Shown in pieces: positions 11,857 through 24,700 of a stretch of DNA of 62,816 nucleotides. The notes beneath the pieces were generated by a model, which saw only the letters and a program-made list of their open reading frames with translations, was not told the origin of the DNA and made no database searches. Within the stretch, counting starts at the first letter, position 1. Each line of letters starts with the position of its first letter. The stretch lies in contig PDIP01000066.1 of NCBI GenBank assembly GCA_002811645.1, positions 1 through 62,816 of the forward strand. Reading direction: 5' to 3'. A program made the translations under genes and the position numbers. Source of the DNA: Corallochytrium limacisporum Hawaii. Lineage: Eukaryota > Protista > Pluriformea.

Positions 11857-12294
11857 ATGTTCACATCACACACGCTTTTGGGAAGTGCACGCACGGTTTC
11901 TCTAGTCACACGATTCTACGGTGCTCAGGTCGGCCGCAGCACGGGCATGAAGGAACTTTTGTCCTACAAAGGTATTGGGCAGAAGCAGGCGAGCAAAATC
12001 ATGCGTCAGGTAGGCCTGGATCCCCGCATCCGTAACCAAGACATGAACACGTACGATCGGCAAGCTATTGACAGTCAGTTGCAGGATATTCTGCCATTCA
12101 CCGGACGATATCTGGTCGACGAAATGAAGAAAAACATCAGGCGCTTGATCGAGGCCCGGACATGGCGTGGACAGCGTCATTTGCGCTCTCTACCCGCTCG
12201 AGGCCAGAACACACATTCCAACGCAAAAACACAGCGCCGCCTGGGCCCACGGCGAGTGCGCTTTGAGAAGAAAGGTGACGAGGATGCTGAGTAA
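11857..12294 (+). CDS. rps13: Mitochondrial ribosomal protein uS13, nuclear-encoded (SWS2-like)
   Basis: Bacterial-type S13 motifs YKGIG and NIRRLIEARTWRGQRHLRSLPARGQNTHSNAKT. Short presequence-like N-terminus. Confidence 0.9.
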   Translation: MFTSHTLLGSARTVSLVTRFYGAQVGRSTGMKELLSYKGIGQKQASKIMRQVGLDPRIRNQDMNTYDRQAIDSQLQDILPFTGRYLVDEMKKNIRRLIEARTWRGQRHLRSLPARGQNTHSNAKTQRRLGPRRVRFEKKGDEDAE

Positions 12295-12423
12295 GTAGAC
12301 AAACATGTTCGAGGATTGGAAACAAACCAACATCTAAAGCATCATATTTTCATCCATTTAACATTTCTCATGAAACATTGCACAGAAAGAATATAGAAAC
12401 AGTAGATCATAGCTATAGATTCT

Positions 12424-14532
12424 TTATCTTGGTTTGCGACCGTTCTGACCTTCTATACCGGCCTTGGCAGCCAGCTTCTCTTTGATGCTCTCCCACCAAC
12501 CATGTCCAAAGAAGTGATGTGGAGTAAAACTCGGAGCCAGCTTACCGCGGTCACAGACGGAACGCTTACGCTGGACGCGGATCTGGTCCAGTGCTTCTTC
12601 ACGGTACGATGCCTCATCTGCGAAATCGTCGCTCATGCCGGACTCGCGCTGCGCATGAACGCTCTGGCCACCGTGTTGTGCGAGATTTGCCTTGCCGCCG
12701 ATGCTAGGGCCACTGTAGGTCTCGTCGGCTGGCTTGTTCTCCCGCAGGCGCATAGTAAAAAGCAAGGGTTTGTGATGATGCAGCATGTAGTCATGGCTCT
12801 GCATCTCACGGATCCGGCTGATGGCACGTCGCACGGCAAAGACCTCATCCTCACCGGTGAACATTGACAGAGTCTGGAGGTCCGCGCTGGTCTTCAAGTC
12901 GTACATCATTTCACCCATCATTTCCATGTGCATGGTGCGTTCGGCAGCCACGTCGCCGTCCACATTACCCTGTTCCTCGGAGGTGCGATGCAGGTCGAGG
13001 ATCCTTTCCGGCTCTGATTCGGCGAGGAAGATGACCTTAGTCTTGTTCTCGTACGCTGCGTCGATAAGGTTGATGAACCGGCGCAGTTCATTGCGCTGTG
13101 GCAGGGCAAGGCGCGGGATCTCTTCGAGGAAAATCGTATGGTACTGATTGCAGATCTCAAAATAGTCGGCTGTGCCCAAGGGTTGTACGCACAGTTCTTG
13201 GAAGGAGAAGCGGGCGACACCACCACAGGACATGGGAATCGTTACCTTGCGGCCGTGCACTATGACGTGGTCTTCACTGACTTCCCCAGTGGTATCTTTG
13301 TGCTTGTGTTCGGTAACCGTATTTAGCCAGAATCGCTCAAAGGCGGCAACGTCGTCCACGTCTTTGCTCTTGAAGTACACCTGCTGCATTTTGCCACCGG
13401 CCTTCTTATTGGACTCCGAGTACTTAACACGACGGTAGTCCGTCTCGGAGGTCACTTGATGAATGTCACAGCGCTGCTGCAGGAGCTTGATAAAGGGATC
13501 CATAATGTCCCGTTGGAAACCGCCCGAGTACAGCTCCGATGGATGGCGATTTGAAGTCGCCACCACAACACAGCCGTGGTCTATGAGCAACTGGAACAAA
13601 TCTCCAAGGATGCGCGCGCTCGCGACATCTGTAACCTGGATCTCATCGAAGCAGATGAGCCACGCATCCTCCATCAGCCATTCTGCAATGTCTACGACTG
13701 GCCCCATCACGCCAGAGTGTCCACGGCCCTGCATTTGCCAGCGGTGGAATTCTGCAAAAAATTGCCGCATAAACTGATGAAAATGAATGCGTCTTTTGCG
13801 CTTGACAGGCACTGTGTTATAGAATAGGTCCATGAGCATAGTTTTACCTGTGCCCACCTCCCCGTGTATGTACAGTCCTCGGGGCGCTTCATGATCCACC
13901 TTGGCCAGGCGCACAATGCGCCGGTACAGCTTCCCGTCCTCCTTGCGTGTAACATCTCCTCGGTCGACCGCCCGAACGCGCTCACCATTGCTGTTCAGAA
14001 GGCGCAGTCGTCCCATGGCTATCTTCAGCGCCTCCGGGTTCATATCCTCCCGTTGGTAGCCACTGGCCATGTTGCGAGCAAGGTCGACGGGTGGAGAAAT
14101 AGGCTGCTCTGCGTTAGGTCCGTCCGTGTTTGGATCCCGTCCGTACTCATCCTCAGTAATCTCCACCTCGAGAATCTCCTCCTCGGGCCAGTTGGGCGGT
14201 GTGTAGGCGGACACTTTCAGACACAAATCGTCCAGCAGGGTGACTACCTCTTCCTGCACGGGATCACTCTTTAGCTTTCCCGAGTTTACTTCTTCCATGT
14301 ATTTGACCATAACCGGCCCATTGTGCTGGGACCCCAGTCGGGTAACATATCTACGGCATGCCTGACGGAAACACACCACTGAGTAACGAGATCTGTCGGA
14401 TTGGCGGACGGAAATAGTGGCAATGCTTGAAGGCTGACTCCGGCTCGTAATGGTTCTGCTGGTCCGCTTACTGTAAAAGCAAGACATCCGTCGAACATGA
14501 GAGCCTTGATTTCGCACCAAGGCTCTGAACAT
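12424..14532 (-). CDS. AFG1: AFG1/LACE1 (ZapE-like) mitochondrial ATPase
   Basis: PRGLYIHGEVGTGKTMLMDLFY (Walker A), CFDEIQVTDVA (Walker B), ATSNRHP and RRFINLIDAAYE. Arg/Ser-rich presequence. Confidence 0.95.
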   Translation of the reverse strand: MFRALVRNQGSHVRRMSCFYSKRTSRTITSRSQPSSIATISVRQSDRSRYSVVCFRQACRRYVTRLGSQHNGPVMVKYMEEVNSGKLKSDPVQEEVVTLLDDLCLKVSAYTPPNWPEEEILEVEITEDEYGRDPNTDGPNAEQPISPPVDLARNMASGYQREDMNPEALKIAMGRLRLLNSNGERVRAVDRGDVTRKEDGKLYRRIVRLAKVDHEAPRGLYIHGEVGTGKTMLMDLFYNTVPVKRKRRIHFHQFMRQFFAEFHRWQMQGRGHSGVMGPVVDIAEWLMEDAWLICFDEIQVTDVASARILGDLFQLLIDHGCVVVATSNRHPSELYSGGFQRDIMDPFIKLLQQRCDIHQVTSETDYRRVKYSESNKKAGGKMQQVYFKSKDVDDVAAFERFWLNTVTEHKHKDTTGEVSEDHVIVHGRKVTIPMSCGGVARFSFQELCVQPLGTADYFEICNQYHTIFLEEIPRLALPQRNELRRFINLIDAAYENKTKVIFLAESEPERILDLHRTSEEQGNVDGDVAAERTMHMEMMGEMMYDLKTSADLQTLSMFTGEDEVFAVRRAISRIREMQSHDYMLHHHKPLLFTMRLRENKPADETYSGPSIGGKANLAQHGGQSVHAQRESGMSDDFADEASYREEALDQIRVQRKRSVCDRGKLAPSFTPHHFFGHGWWESIKEKLAAKAGIEGQNGRKPR

Positions 14533-15367
14533 GTTGACTGGGTGTTATAATCTAACCTAAGTACTATATCACGCCTGTGCAACGCACGCTCTCGTTCTTT
14601 GGGTGGTCATCAATGTGGACATTGTATCTTCTCCAGTGGTCCCTAAGGTTTACAGAATAAGGATTAGCAGAACTAACCGATACGGATGACACACTCTTAT
14701 ATTTGATCATTCTGTACCAGGGCTGCCGTCGCAGATAACCGCTGCGCTTCCATCGGCGAGCACCGAAAGACCTACCGCTTTCCGGCTTATGCCCGGCGGA
14801 GGGCCCGCATCCAACCCACCCCGCCCCCCCCCAAACTCCCCGCTGTGACCGGGCAGTCCCTTTCTCGTTATGTGTCAAACCTTTTTGCCTCGGCAAAAGT
14901 GTGGAGAGGGGGGGGCGGGTCTCACTTCAATTCTAACGCCGGGCAGTGCGAGCTGGCACACTCCCCGCCACTTCCGCCGCTCTATGTATTCGACTCCCCC
15001 CTACCCCCCCATCAGCGCTCGGATCCCTCCCTCCCCTGAGACCGTGGCGGACAAGGAAATAATAGCTGATAACCTAACAACAACAACATTGAAACTCAAT
15101 TTGTCGAATTTATCGGAGAATGGCGAAACGTCAGTAGTAGTTATCTGGCAGCGGTGGTTTTCCGGTGGGGACAGAAGCGAGAAAGCCTTCTGTGAAGGGG
15201 GGGCCACAATTGGCTGGCCACTGGGTAAGCACCGGTTATGGATCAGTCTCGGTAAATATTCAATAGTGCAATATGTGATTTTTAATGAACATGGATGGAT
15301 GGATGTGATGATGGATGTTGGATGAATATGATGCTTATGTTGATGAATATGTTTGATAGATAGCCCA

Positions 15368-15766
15368 TTACCTCACGGACAGGCGCGCCAACTGCGCTGG
15401 CTGGAAGGAGTTTGGCGGAGATGTTGAGGCCTCACGGAAGGCGCGCAGCGCATCCCGGCGCCTTTGGGTCTCGGCAGAATTCTTGTATTGCCGTTCAATC
15501 TTCCATCTCTTGTAGGGATCCCGTACGACAAGGTGAGAGCCCGCCTTGGGTGGTCCCTGTCTTAGTAGTGCTTCGTCCGGTGAACCATAGGGACTGCTAC
15601 GCTTGGTGGGTGGAGACATGCGCTTTTCCGTACTATTCTGTTGATTGTTGATAGGCTGAGGCTTGCTTTCTTTCTGAAGAGTTGGTGCAATGGCAAATGT
15701 GCTAGCAAAGATGGAGGAGAGAGAGGCAGAACCGGGCCGGGTTCCGTAAAAGCTAGCGCTTGCCAT
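15368..15766 (-). CDS. Hypothetical 132-aa basic protein
   Basis: ATG-initiated ORF with an A-rich start context and an AT-rich 3' flank. No family recognised. Confidence 0.4.
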   Translation of the reverse strand: MASASFYGTRPGSASLSSIFASTFAIAPTLQKESKPQPINNQQNSTEKRMSPPTKRSSPYGSPDEALLRQGPPKAGSHLVVRDPYKRWKIERQYKNSAETQRRRDALRAFREASTSPPNSFQPAQLARLSVR

Positions 15767-18700
15767 ATTCTGTAAGCTCGTGAAGTAGGGATTCTTGGAG
15801 GAGATATTGCAAGGCGCCGCGACCTGATCACACTCGGCGCCTCTTATACCCTCTGCAATCGTTCGAAACGTCCTGTTCTAAACCCTTGTTTACATTAACA
15901 ATATTGTACAAGCCAAACACCGATTGCCGACGTAATACTTGCTAACTGCAGTAAACACAAACAGGGGAATCACTCCGCCTACTGATACGTCCCTTTTGAA
16001 GTGCCCAAGACCCTTTCCCCCCGTTCCCGCTCTTGACTTCCTATGCTACCGGGCTGGGATAGTGAATCTACCTGTTCGACGGCCAACTATTTCTCGGTTT
16101 CTTTCCCTTCCCCCCTCCCCCTCTCCCCCTCCGGGCCCAGCGAACGCTCCTTCGGGCGACAGAAAGAAAACTCTTGCAGTGTAAGAAAACAGAAAAGAGG
16201 CTGGGTCAGCTACAAAGAGGATACAGATTCAATAGTTTATGTATTGATAAAATTGGTCACAGAGCGATGCTAGATCACGAGCGTGTCTGTGCCCCGCCTA
16301 TGTTGTGTGAATGCTCCGGCGGCAGCTGACCTCACACGCTCCAGGTGATCGAAGAAAAATTTTTTGTTGGTCAAACCATTCGATCATTCCATCACTCATA
16401 CCATTAGTTAGTTCACTATGCGAGTCTGAAGGGCTCGAGCACATGGAACGGGGTCGTAGAGAGTGGGAGGGGGAGTGGGTGAGAACCAGAGAGTTACTAA
16501 AACGCGGAGGAATGCCCGCAATTTCTCAGAAAGTGGAGAGACCCTCAAGTGAGCGAGACTGAGCGGGGTTGGTTGGTGCACTTGCGGGTGTGATGAGGAG
16601 ACGAAAGATTACCAACCGAAATTGACCGGGCCTGCGTCACGCACCCAAAAACTCGAGCGGGTAGGTGGGTTAGGCACGAAGCGAAGAGGAAGTAAAAAGA
16701 AGGAAACTTCGCTTCTCGCTGCTCCCCATCGAGCGCGCAACTAAATTTGGGTACTCGGCAGCCTAACGAAGGGAGCTGCGGGTCAGTGCACCAACGTAGG
16801 TGAGCGCCTGCCACTGCGTTATTGTACGACTTCTTTTGCACGTTTGCACGCCTGTTTCTTAGGTATCCTCACCCCCCACCCCCTTCCCTCTTTTCGCTGT
16901 CCGTCGCTTNNNNNNNNNNNNNNNNNNNNNNNNNNNNNNNNNNNNNNNNNNNNNNNCCCCCCCCTTCCCTCTTTTCGCTGTCCGTCGCTTTTGCATAAAG
17001 CCCGGCCGCTCTGTGAGTGGGCGCTGCCCCCTCCCCCCCACACTACGCGTCAGCAAGCGGGCCGGATCGCGTATGCGTCGCTATCAATTTCAATCCGGAA
17101 TGTAACAACGACACTTGTGCCCTATATTCAGTACCAAAATGCATTCCGGAAGGATCACGAAATGCTTGCCTGCCGCCGGGGGCAATCACATGGGCTGCAC
17201 ATGAAGACGAGGAATGCTCCTCCGGAAGGAGCTCCAGTAGTGTTTCCAGAGCTACCTTCCCCTTTCGTTTTCCCCTGTACACATCTGGGGAGTGTGCCAC
17301 TCTGATAATCGATGGTAAACTTCCTCGAGTCTTTGACAAGCGATGGCGAGGTATCAAGTATACCCCTTTACTAAAAGTTGATTCTGTTCTGGAGAATTCA
17401 GGAATGGTCAGGACGCACTACTAATACCGCACTCGCGCTGCCTCAATTGTTATCTTTGGGGATTTATCACAGACACGAGAGATTGCCTCAACAATGTAAT
17501 GTAATTAGTATTAAGATTACAAGAATGAAATCCATACATACCAATGCGATATGCCAACCTCGGGATATGTTCTGCACAGGGGACACCCATCTCGGACGAG
17601 AAAGTCATTGGACAAAAAACATTTCTTAGTTTAATAGAGTGGGCCTTGCAGCGTTGTAGTTTTTTCCCCAACTGTTGCGCTATAAGACAGCAAAATGGAA
17701 GAGACTGAAATGCAAGGAAGGCAGGGGACGGAATCGGAAGGGGGAGGGGGGGGTGGCGCGAGCCGGATGGGTGATGGGTCTCAAAGAAGCTTACGAGAGA
17801 GTCTGCCACTTCTGCTTGCGCTCCCGGTCAGTCAGCAAAAAAGGGTACTTTTTTCGTTTGCTTGCCTTGGGGCGCTGACAATTATAGCTCATTCCTCGTG
17901 TATAGAAAGTGTATAGAAAACTACGGGGGCTTAAATTGCCACCAGTCCTTCCGTGACTGTCGCCCGGGTTGGGGAGGCGAGAGTACTTAATTTGGAGTTT
18001 GATGCGGGATCTTCATTTCGTTTGGTTCCGCAATGTGGGAGGGGACGCAACTGGTACGGACGCCCGGTATTCAATATGGGGCACTTTAAGTACTCAGGTT
18101 TCGCGGACGGGGAGTTTTCCACTCCCCCCCACCCCCCCCCCGGGGGGGGCACCCTGTGGGCTGGAAACCCACGCCACTCCTTTCTCGAAACACTCGGCCG
18201 CCGTGTCCTCCGGGACTGGTCAGCGTTTGGTGATCAAAGTACCGGATTTTGTCTCGTTACTTTCACTCTCTCTCGGCCGGACCAGCGCATGGAACTATTC
18301 TATTGGCAACGGTAGAGCTACCGGGGGTTTAAGCTGCCCTGCCCCTGCAACCCGTAGTACTGTCAGTAGATAAAATTCTGGTGCATGCCCCGCCCTAGTC
18401 GTCAAGAAAGATTAACCGTTTGTAAAATAACGTGCTCTCGTTCAATATATCATTGGTCATGTATTGACGGTGTGATTGTTTAACAATAGCCATATAGTGA
18501 ATAAATGGATGATGTTATTACTTATTCACCACGCGGACAGAAAGTCGCATTGAGCTCGTCATAGATTTTACTGTGATGCAATTCAGTCATGGCCCGCGCG
18601 AGGCCCTCAGTCGACTGACACCCCTTGTTCGGCTGGCAATCTGTATACTATACAATATATACCATGAAACAGACCCACGAGTGATAAAAGGGAAGGGTAA

Positions 18701-21700
18701 ACAAGAAATCTCAGCTTTGAATTGGTGTCCTGAACTTGGCAAGGATACTTGGACAAACTGGACCAAGAAAACTTGCATTCATCATTCAGAAAAATTTGTC
18801 ATACGACAATATGTTCATTATAGGGAACAACAAAGTATCCCTGATTGAGAAGGAGTAGACCGTTATGAACACGCTTTTTGCCTTTTTTGTTCAGTGGTGG
18901 TGATCAACACCCCAGCCGGAGGGTAAGAGTGCTCACGTTTCACCGGCCGCGCAGAATGTCGCACATTGCGCTGTCATATTCAATATATTGGGAGTTTCAA
19001 CAGCATCCTGAAAATCCGGCTGGGTCAGATCCAAAACAAACAGGTAGCCGAGGGGAGGGGGGCGGTGGTTTGACATGTGTTCATATTTGGACCCTTCCTG
19101 TGTCATTTGCTAAATTTACACGGCAAGTACTAAATATATGGAAGACCTAGGAAGCGCGAACACATGCAATGTTGAGAGCTGTGTATTGCGGTTGCATTGG
19201 TATCGAAAAGGGGGCGGGAATCCCGTGGACACGGACGAACAGCCAGTAGCGTGAGTGCCATCATCAACGCAGAGCTTTGATAAGCGATGCTTTTGTAGGA
19301 AATCGTAGTGCATTGCGTATAGCCAAACCTGGGGATCCGGGCTTCCGCTTGGAAGGCACAGCCAATGATGTGATTTTGGGCTGTGTGATCCGCTGCTCAC
19401 GGAGGCCGACGCGGCGCCAGCACGCGTTTTTGTTCCTCTTCCCAACCTTTTCCTAATTACCTGTCACATGTCTTACTTCTATACTGAACAAATGACGATA
19501 AAAGGTAAACGGACGAGGAAAGCGTTAGAGTCCGTGGCGATGATGGTGACCGAAATTGGTTGCCATCTCATTCCGGATGTCCCCGCCGGCAAAGTCTTCC
19601 TGTTGCTGTTATCCGAGAAAGGGATGCACAGTAGTAAATGTACCGCCGTTCTAAAAATATATTCAGTGGGAGGTCCTCGCTACCGCGGATGTTGTGTGAT
19701 GTCAGTTGATCATCAGGCAGCTTCACTTGATTACCGATTTCGTGACACGGCCGTAGACTTGCTGATACGTGTACCTCAGAGTATAATCTACGAGAGCAAA
19801 ATGCCATCACGCTAGGGTTTCATGTACCAAAGGACAACGGGACAAGTGGCAAAGAGCAGCAAGCGGATGCCACAGCATCGCATGTTGCGTGCTCCGGTAT
19901 GTACAATGTAAGGATGAAAACTGCCATTAATTCTTCGTTCCTCTTCACAATTGCAGCAATTATCCTGCAAACCTGTATGTCACCATTGGACGATCCTGCG
20001 TGACTTGGTCGTCGTCTATGGTCGGGAATTTCCTGGTATATTTATCATAGAGAAACGGTCTAATTTTCTTCGTCAGTGGTGTCGACGTTGGGGGTGGCGC
20101 TGCAATATTGTCCAACACAGATAGCTCGAGAAATGGAGTCCATTAAAACACCTATGGCCCCACTACAAGTACACAATGTTTTGTCAAAATCTTCGGATCG
20201 GAATGCAACGGCGCAAAACAGAGTCCAATATTCCAGTGATACGGTGCCACGGGGGGCCTGGTGCGTGAGGAGGGCGTGTTGTTGCAGAAACTTATTCAAC
20301 AGCAGTCTCTTTTTTTTTGTGTCCTTCGAAACTTTTCAGTAGCTGTGCCCCTTTTCTCACACATGGATGGTTGTTGATGCCCCCTAAGTCCTGCACAATC
20401 CTTATCGCTGGCTCCTCGTCACATGCGCACTGCCTCACTCACTCTCTCCTCTCTACCTCCCTTCCGTCTGCCCCCCCCCCCCCCCCTCCCGCCGGCCCAG
20501 GTTCCCACTCAGTGTCCCGCATAAGCTCTGATTTCCGGAGAAAGTTTCAGTGCATATCATATACCTATACTAAACTACGTAAACTACGTTGTCNNNNNNN
20601 NNNNNNNNNNNNNNNNNNNNNNGTTTGTCCTGAATTTCAGTGCATATCATATACCTATACTAAACTACGTAAACTACGTTGTCTTGCGCAGAAATTCAGG
20701 ACAAACATACAAATAAAACAGGCCCTGGATCGCTACCACAATTTGTTTAAGGCATTTCCGCAGCCTCTTAGGCACTCACGCCCGAACCCCAAATGCCAGT
20801 TGGCCCCCCCCCCCAAGGTGGGCACCCGGTTCCCTCCCCCCCCCTCTCCTCCTCGTCTTCCCTTCCCCCCTCCCCCGCGGTGGAGAGGAAAAGGTAGCAC
20901 CGGAATTTCGACCAATGAGCGCAGCGGAAGGTGACGACTCCGTGCCTGCCATACTAAAACAACTAGCGGTTTTTCCAGTGAACGTACTGTGTTTTGTCCG
21001 TCCAAAAAGAAAAGGAGGGGGTGTTTTGTTGGGGAGGGAGTACGCGCAGAAAAGGTGCGCTGATCACCCTTACGCAGAGTGGGTTCTGCATAAGAACCGA
21101 AAATTTGATTCTGTTGACACTACGGATCGGTATACTCACTATGAAAACGGACTTCCTCAGACATTGAACTTTTTGCCTTCTGCCAAAAAACTGTTTGTTG
21201 TTGTACAAACATTCCTCGTCGCCAGTGATGCTATATGGATCACATCGACCTCCGTGCTCCTCGTCGCTGGCGATCGCTGGTGGCCAGGGGCCTCGTCTGA
21301 CCGAGTTCCCAGCATTTGCCAGCAGGTGTCTCGTTCCCCAAATTTCGTTTTGTACATTTACTATAGGAGAAGACTCGTCGTCCTGTCACTAGCAGCTCCT
21401 GCTCGGTCAGTCCGTTGCGTTTGAAGATTCGCGGCTGCACATGAGACAGAGTTTGTGGCGAATCCCCGGAAAGTTGCCATACATTGGATATTGAAACCCT
21501 CAAATTGATCCATTTCAATCCCATTCATGATCTCCCAATTCATTCATACATCATTCATCAATCTTAATCGTACTCGCATCGGCCCCGAACCATCGCGGAC
21601 AGTGAATTGTAGTACATTTGCAAGGCGCCGGGAGGGGAGGATCACGAAGAACGACTCGCTATCTATGCGGACGCGGCAATAGACCCTGATGTGGCCAAGA

Positions 21701-24700
21701 TATGGAACAGACGCAGGTTCCGTTCTGCAGTAAAGCACCATGCTACCATCGAAGGGCCATGGATGCTGAGGATGTTGAGTGCGTGAGCCGGTGGTCAGTG
21801 GTATACTGGAGTCCCGGTCAAAGTCCAGCCACACTGCAGTGCACAGTCACTGCCCACGATTCGCGACCTCCAATCGTTTACCTATGGCCCGGCGCCTCCC
21901 ACTGAGAACCGGACCCACCATTTTTGCTTGACAAGTTTGGAGGCAGGGAGTGCCGGGTCCACCGGAGCCCATTTTCCGTGTACGGGTTTTCAAACTTTTG
22001 GCGGGAAACGGGGAGGGCGGGGAGGGGCGGGTCAGTGCGGGTTGCAGCGGGTCAGCCCCCATGGAAGGTGATCCGCGATCGTCCAGGATACTGGGATGTA
22101 TCAGCATGCCCTGGCTCTTCTTCTGGGTTCTACAACTCACATTGAGTATGGTTACTGTTTCATTCGTTGTTACCCCTTTTATCATGCTCCTTCAAAGTTC
22201 ACGATCCGGGCGCAAGAACTCGAAGCGCTTGCGAGGCGTTGCTACTTCGTCTTCGCGCCAGAAAACGGGACACTTCCTTCCAAGCAATCAACGACTGGTC
22301 CACATCATCGCCATCATAGTGGTTACGAAGGAACTGATCCTTTTCCTATCAAAGACATCTAACATGCAAATAGTTTTTCATCTCCAAGATGAAGTAAAAG
22401 GGTATTCAGTACAGTTTGTGAAACAGCATCGGGCTTTCTAAGATGCCGCCGCGATGATCACTTGGGGACTCAGATTGGCTCCAAAATACACAATAACCCT
22501 CCCCCCTCCCCGGGCGGGGCCTCTCGCTTTTGCGCTTCCCGCAACCGCCGCACAATGTTTTCTTTTGCAGCAGGACGCTTAACTGTTTTACTATGGAAAC
22601 CGTGCAGGGTTCATTTCATGGCACGGGTAATCACCTCATTCTGTGTGAGAGGTCGCTTGCCAGGCCGAACTAAGGAGGCCGCGCAGAGCATGGTTACCGC
22701 AAGAGGTGTTCTTTGGCTAACATGGTTGAGCAATCATCCAGCCTCACTGTTCTACGCATACAGCGACCGAAAACTAGAGCCTGAAGATATCTGCCGGGGA
22801 AGGACTTACATAGGTAGCACGTCAGCATCGAGTCACAGAGACCCAGGGTCTATCAGTCCTAATCCGTTCACCACTCTGACATGATCACCTTACACTTATG
22901 CATGTATATCGCCAGGTTTTTTCAACTGTGCTGGTTGGAACACCGATTGGTTGATGGCCACCTCTGACCGGACATAAGGATTGACAACCACTCACGTCCA
23001 TCAGTGCCCGCTTCATGCGAAATCACAGTCTCACTACGCTGCCGGTGGAACACCCCGTGATATTGCACAGAGCAGTGTAAGCATGGTGATCTAGCATGTC
23101 TCCACATTTTCGGATTCCAGCGTGCCAGTAAACCCAATCACGACATCAAGGAAACTGTCACTATCCATTGGGATGATGAATGATGTCCAACTGTCTCTTG
23201 TGGATGCGATGTCACTTGCCATCTTGTTCAATGATCCCGATATCGCCGACGGGTAGTATTTGGTTGCCTTGCTGAGTGAGGCAACTCGGTGAACCGCGCC
23301 GGACCCTCATATCCAACCTTGATCTCTTTGTGCGTACAACATCGTCACTCAGTCTCGACTGTTACTGGCCCTGCGGGTGCGTGCAGTCAATGAGCACGAC
23401 ATTTTTCGGTGGGCGGCTGTCGCCTGGTCCTCCTTTGGGGGCCCCTCGGGCAGGTGCCCCCCCCCCCACCCCTTCCTCGCTGCGGCGGAACGGAGTGCAG
23501 GTCCGGCGCGAAAAGTGTTGAAAGACAAGAATGCGAGCTACACACCCAAAAACCGGGCGGGAAGACGAAAACACTTAGAAAGTTGGTTCTGCAACTCGGG
23601 CTGCACTCAGTAGTCATAGTGAAGAGTGGAAAAAAAAAGGGCGGCAGGCTGCAGGCTGCAAAAAATCAATCAAACGGCGCTAAAACCGGCGGGAGAAACC
23701 TGCCTTATTTTTTTTCCTTATAGTCTCTCTCCGCCCTCCCTCTCTTCGGTGGTTAAGCTATGAAAAAAAATGAGAAACGCGGATTTGAACGGTTAAAAAA
23801 ATACTTGGGAGCACTATTTAGCCGAGAGAAGCAAAGTCTCCGAGAGGAAGCAGAAAAGCCAAAGGGGCAGGCACCATCAGCCCGGTGCTGGCTGCCTGGC
23901 TGAGGGGGGAAAGCGGAGACGGCTTCCGAACGGGAGGACCATCGCCAGAATCCAGAGAGACGCGGTGGCTCCCGTGATAATGCTAGTAAATATATGTATA
24001 TTTACCAAGGTGTAAAGCGAATGGAGTCACAAGGAATTGAAGAAAAAAAAGGAAAACGGAAAAAAACACGTCTGCTGACTGGTCACACCACGCAGCTACT
24101 GATGTCCCCACAAATCTCTCGAATCGCTGATAAGTGGGATGGCCTGGTCCAATACTAATTATATGGAAACTTCAAGGGGGGGAGTATCGTGCTGACCCCC
24201 TCCCCCCCCGGCCTGGTCACGGCTGTCTTTGTTCCCCGAACAAAAACACCCCTTCTCCTCCGGCAGCGGGTGGACCCAGGCAGCTCGTGCAATGCTTCTG
24301 TCAGCAATGGCCACCAGCCCAGCCCGCCCCGAAAAGGGGGGGGGGGGGCGCACATGCACCTCACCGGAAATCGCCCAACCACCGTGCACCGCGCTCATTG
24401 GTCGAGAGTCACGCCGCCAAATCCAACTTTGGTACTGAATGTTCCGGAGTTTTTTTTACTCGTTCGGGGGTCTAGCAGTGGACGCCAAACGACGTTGCGC
24501 GGGCTGTGCAGTTGAAACCCACGTCGCCGAGGGACGCCAGTCACTTCATTTACTTCTCGATCGGTTTGGCCATACATTTTGTATTGAAAATTAGACTCCG
24601 GACGATGCGCCTCTCTCCCCATTCGTTCTACCAAGCTCGTAACAACCCCCTCTTCTGCGCGTCTAGTCAAGCTCTCGTTCAAGGTGTGTTTTACTTTTCT

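Noticed and set aside
16877-16990. Direct repeat of about 30 bp flanking an N gap
   Set aside because: Typical contig-overlap scaffolding artefact.
20545-20683. Direct repeat of about 49 bp flanking an N gap (CRISPR- or LTR-like?)
   Set aside because: Only two copies straddling a gap, so probably an assembly artefact. Eukaryotic context with no cas genes.
21361-22437. Minus-strand frame of about 360 codons interrupted only by TGA stops (readthrough or alternative code?)
   Set aside because: The translation resembles no protein, TGA terminates several bona fide genes here, and such a run is plausible by chance in TA-depleted DNA.
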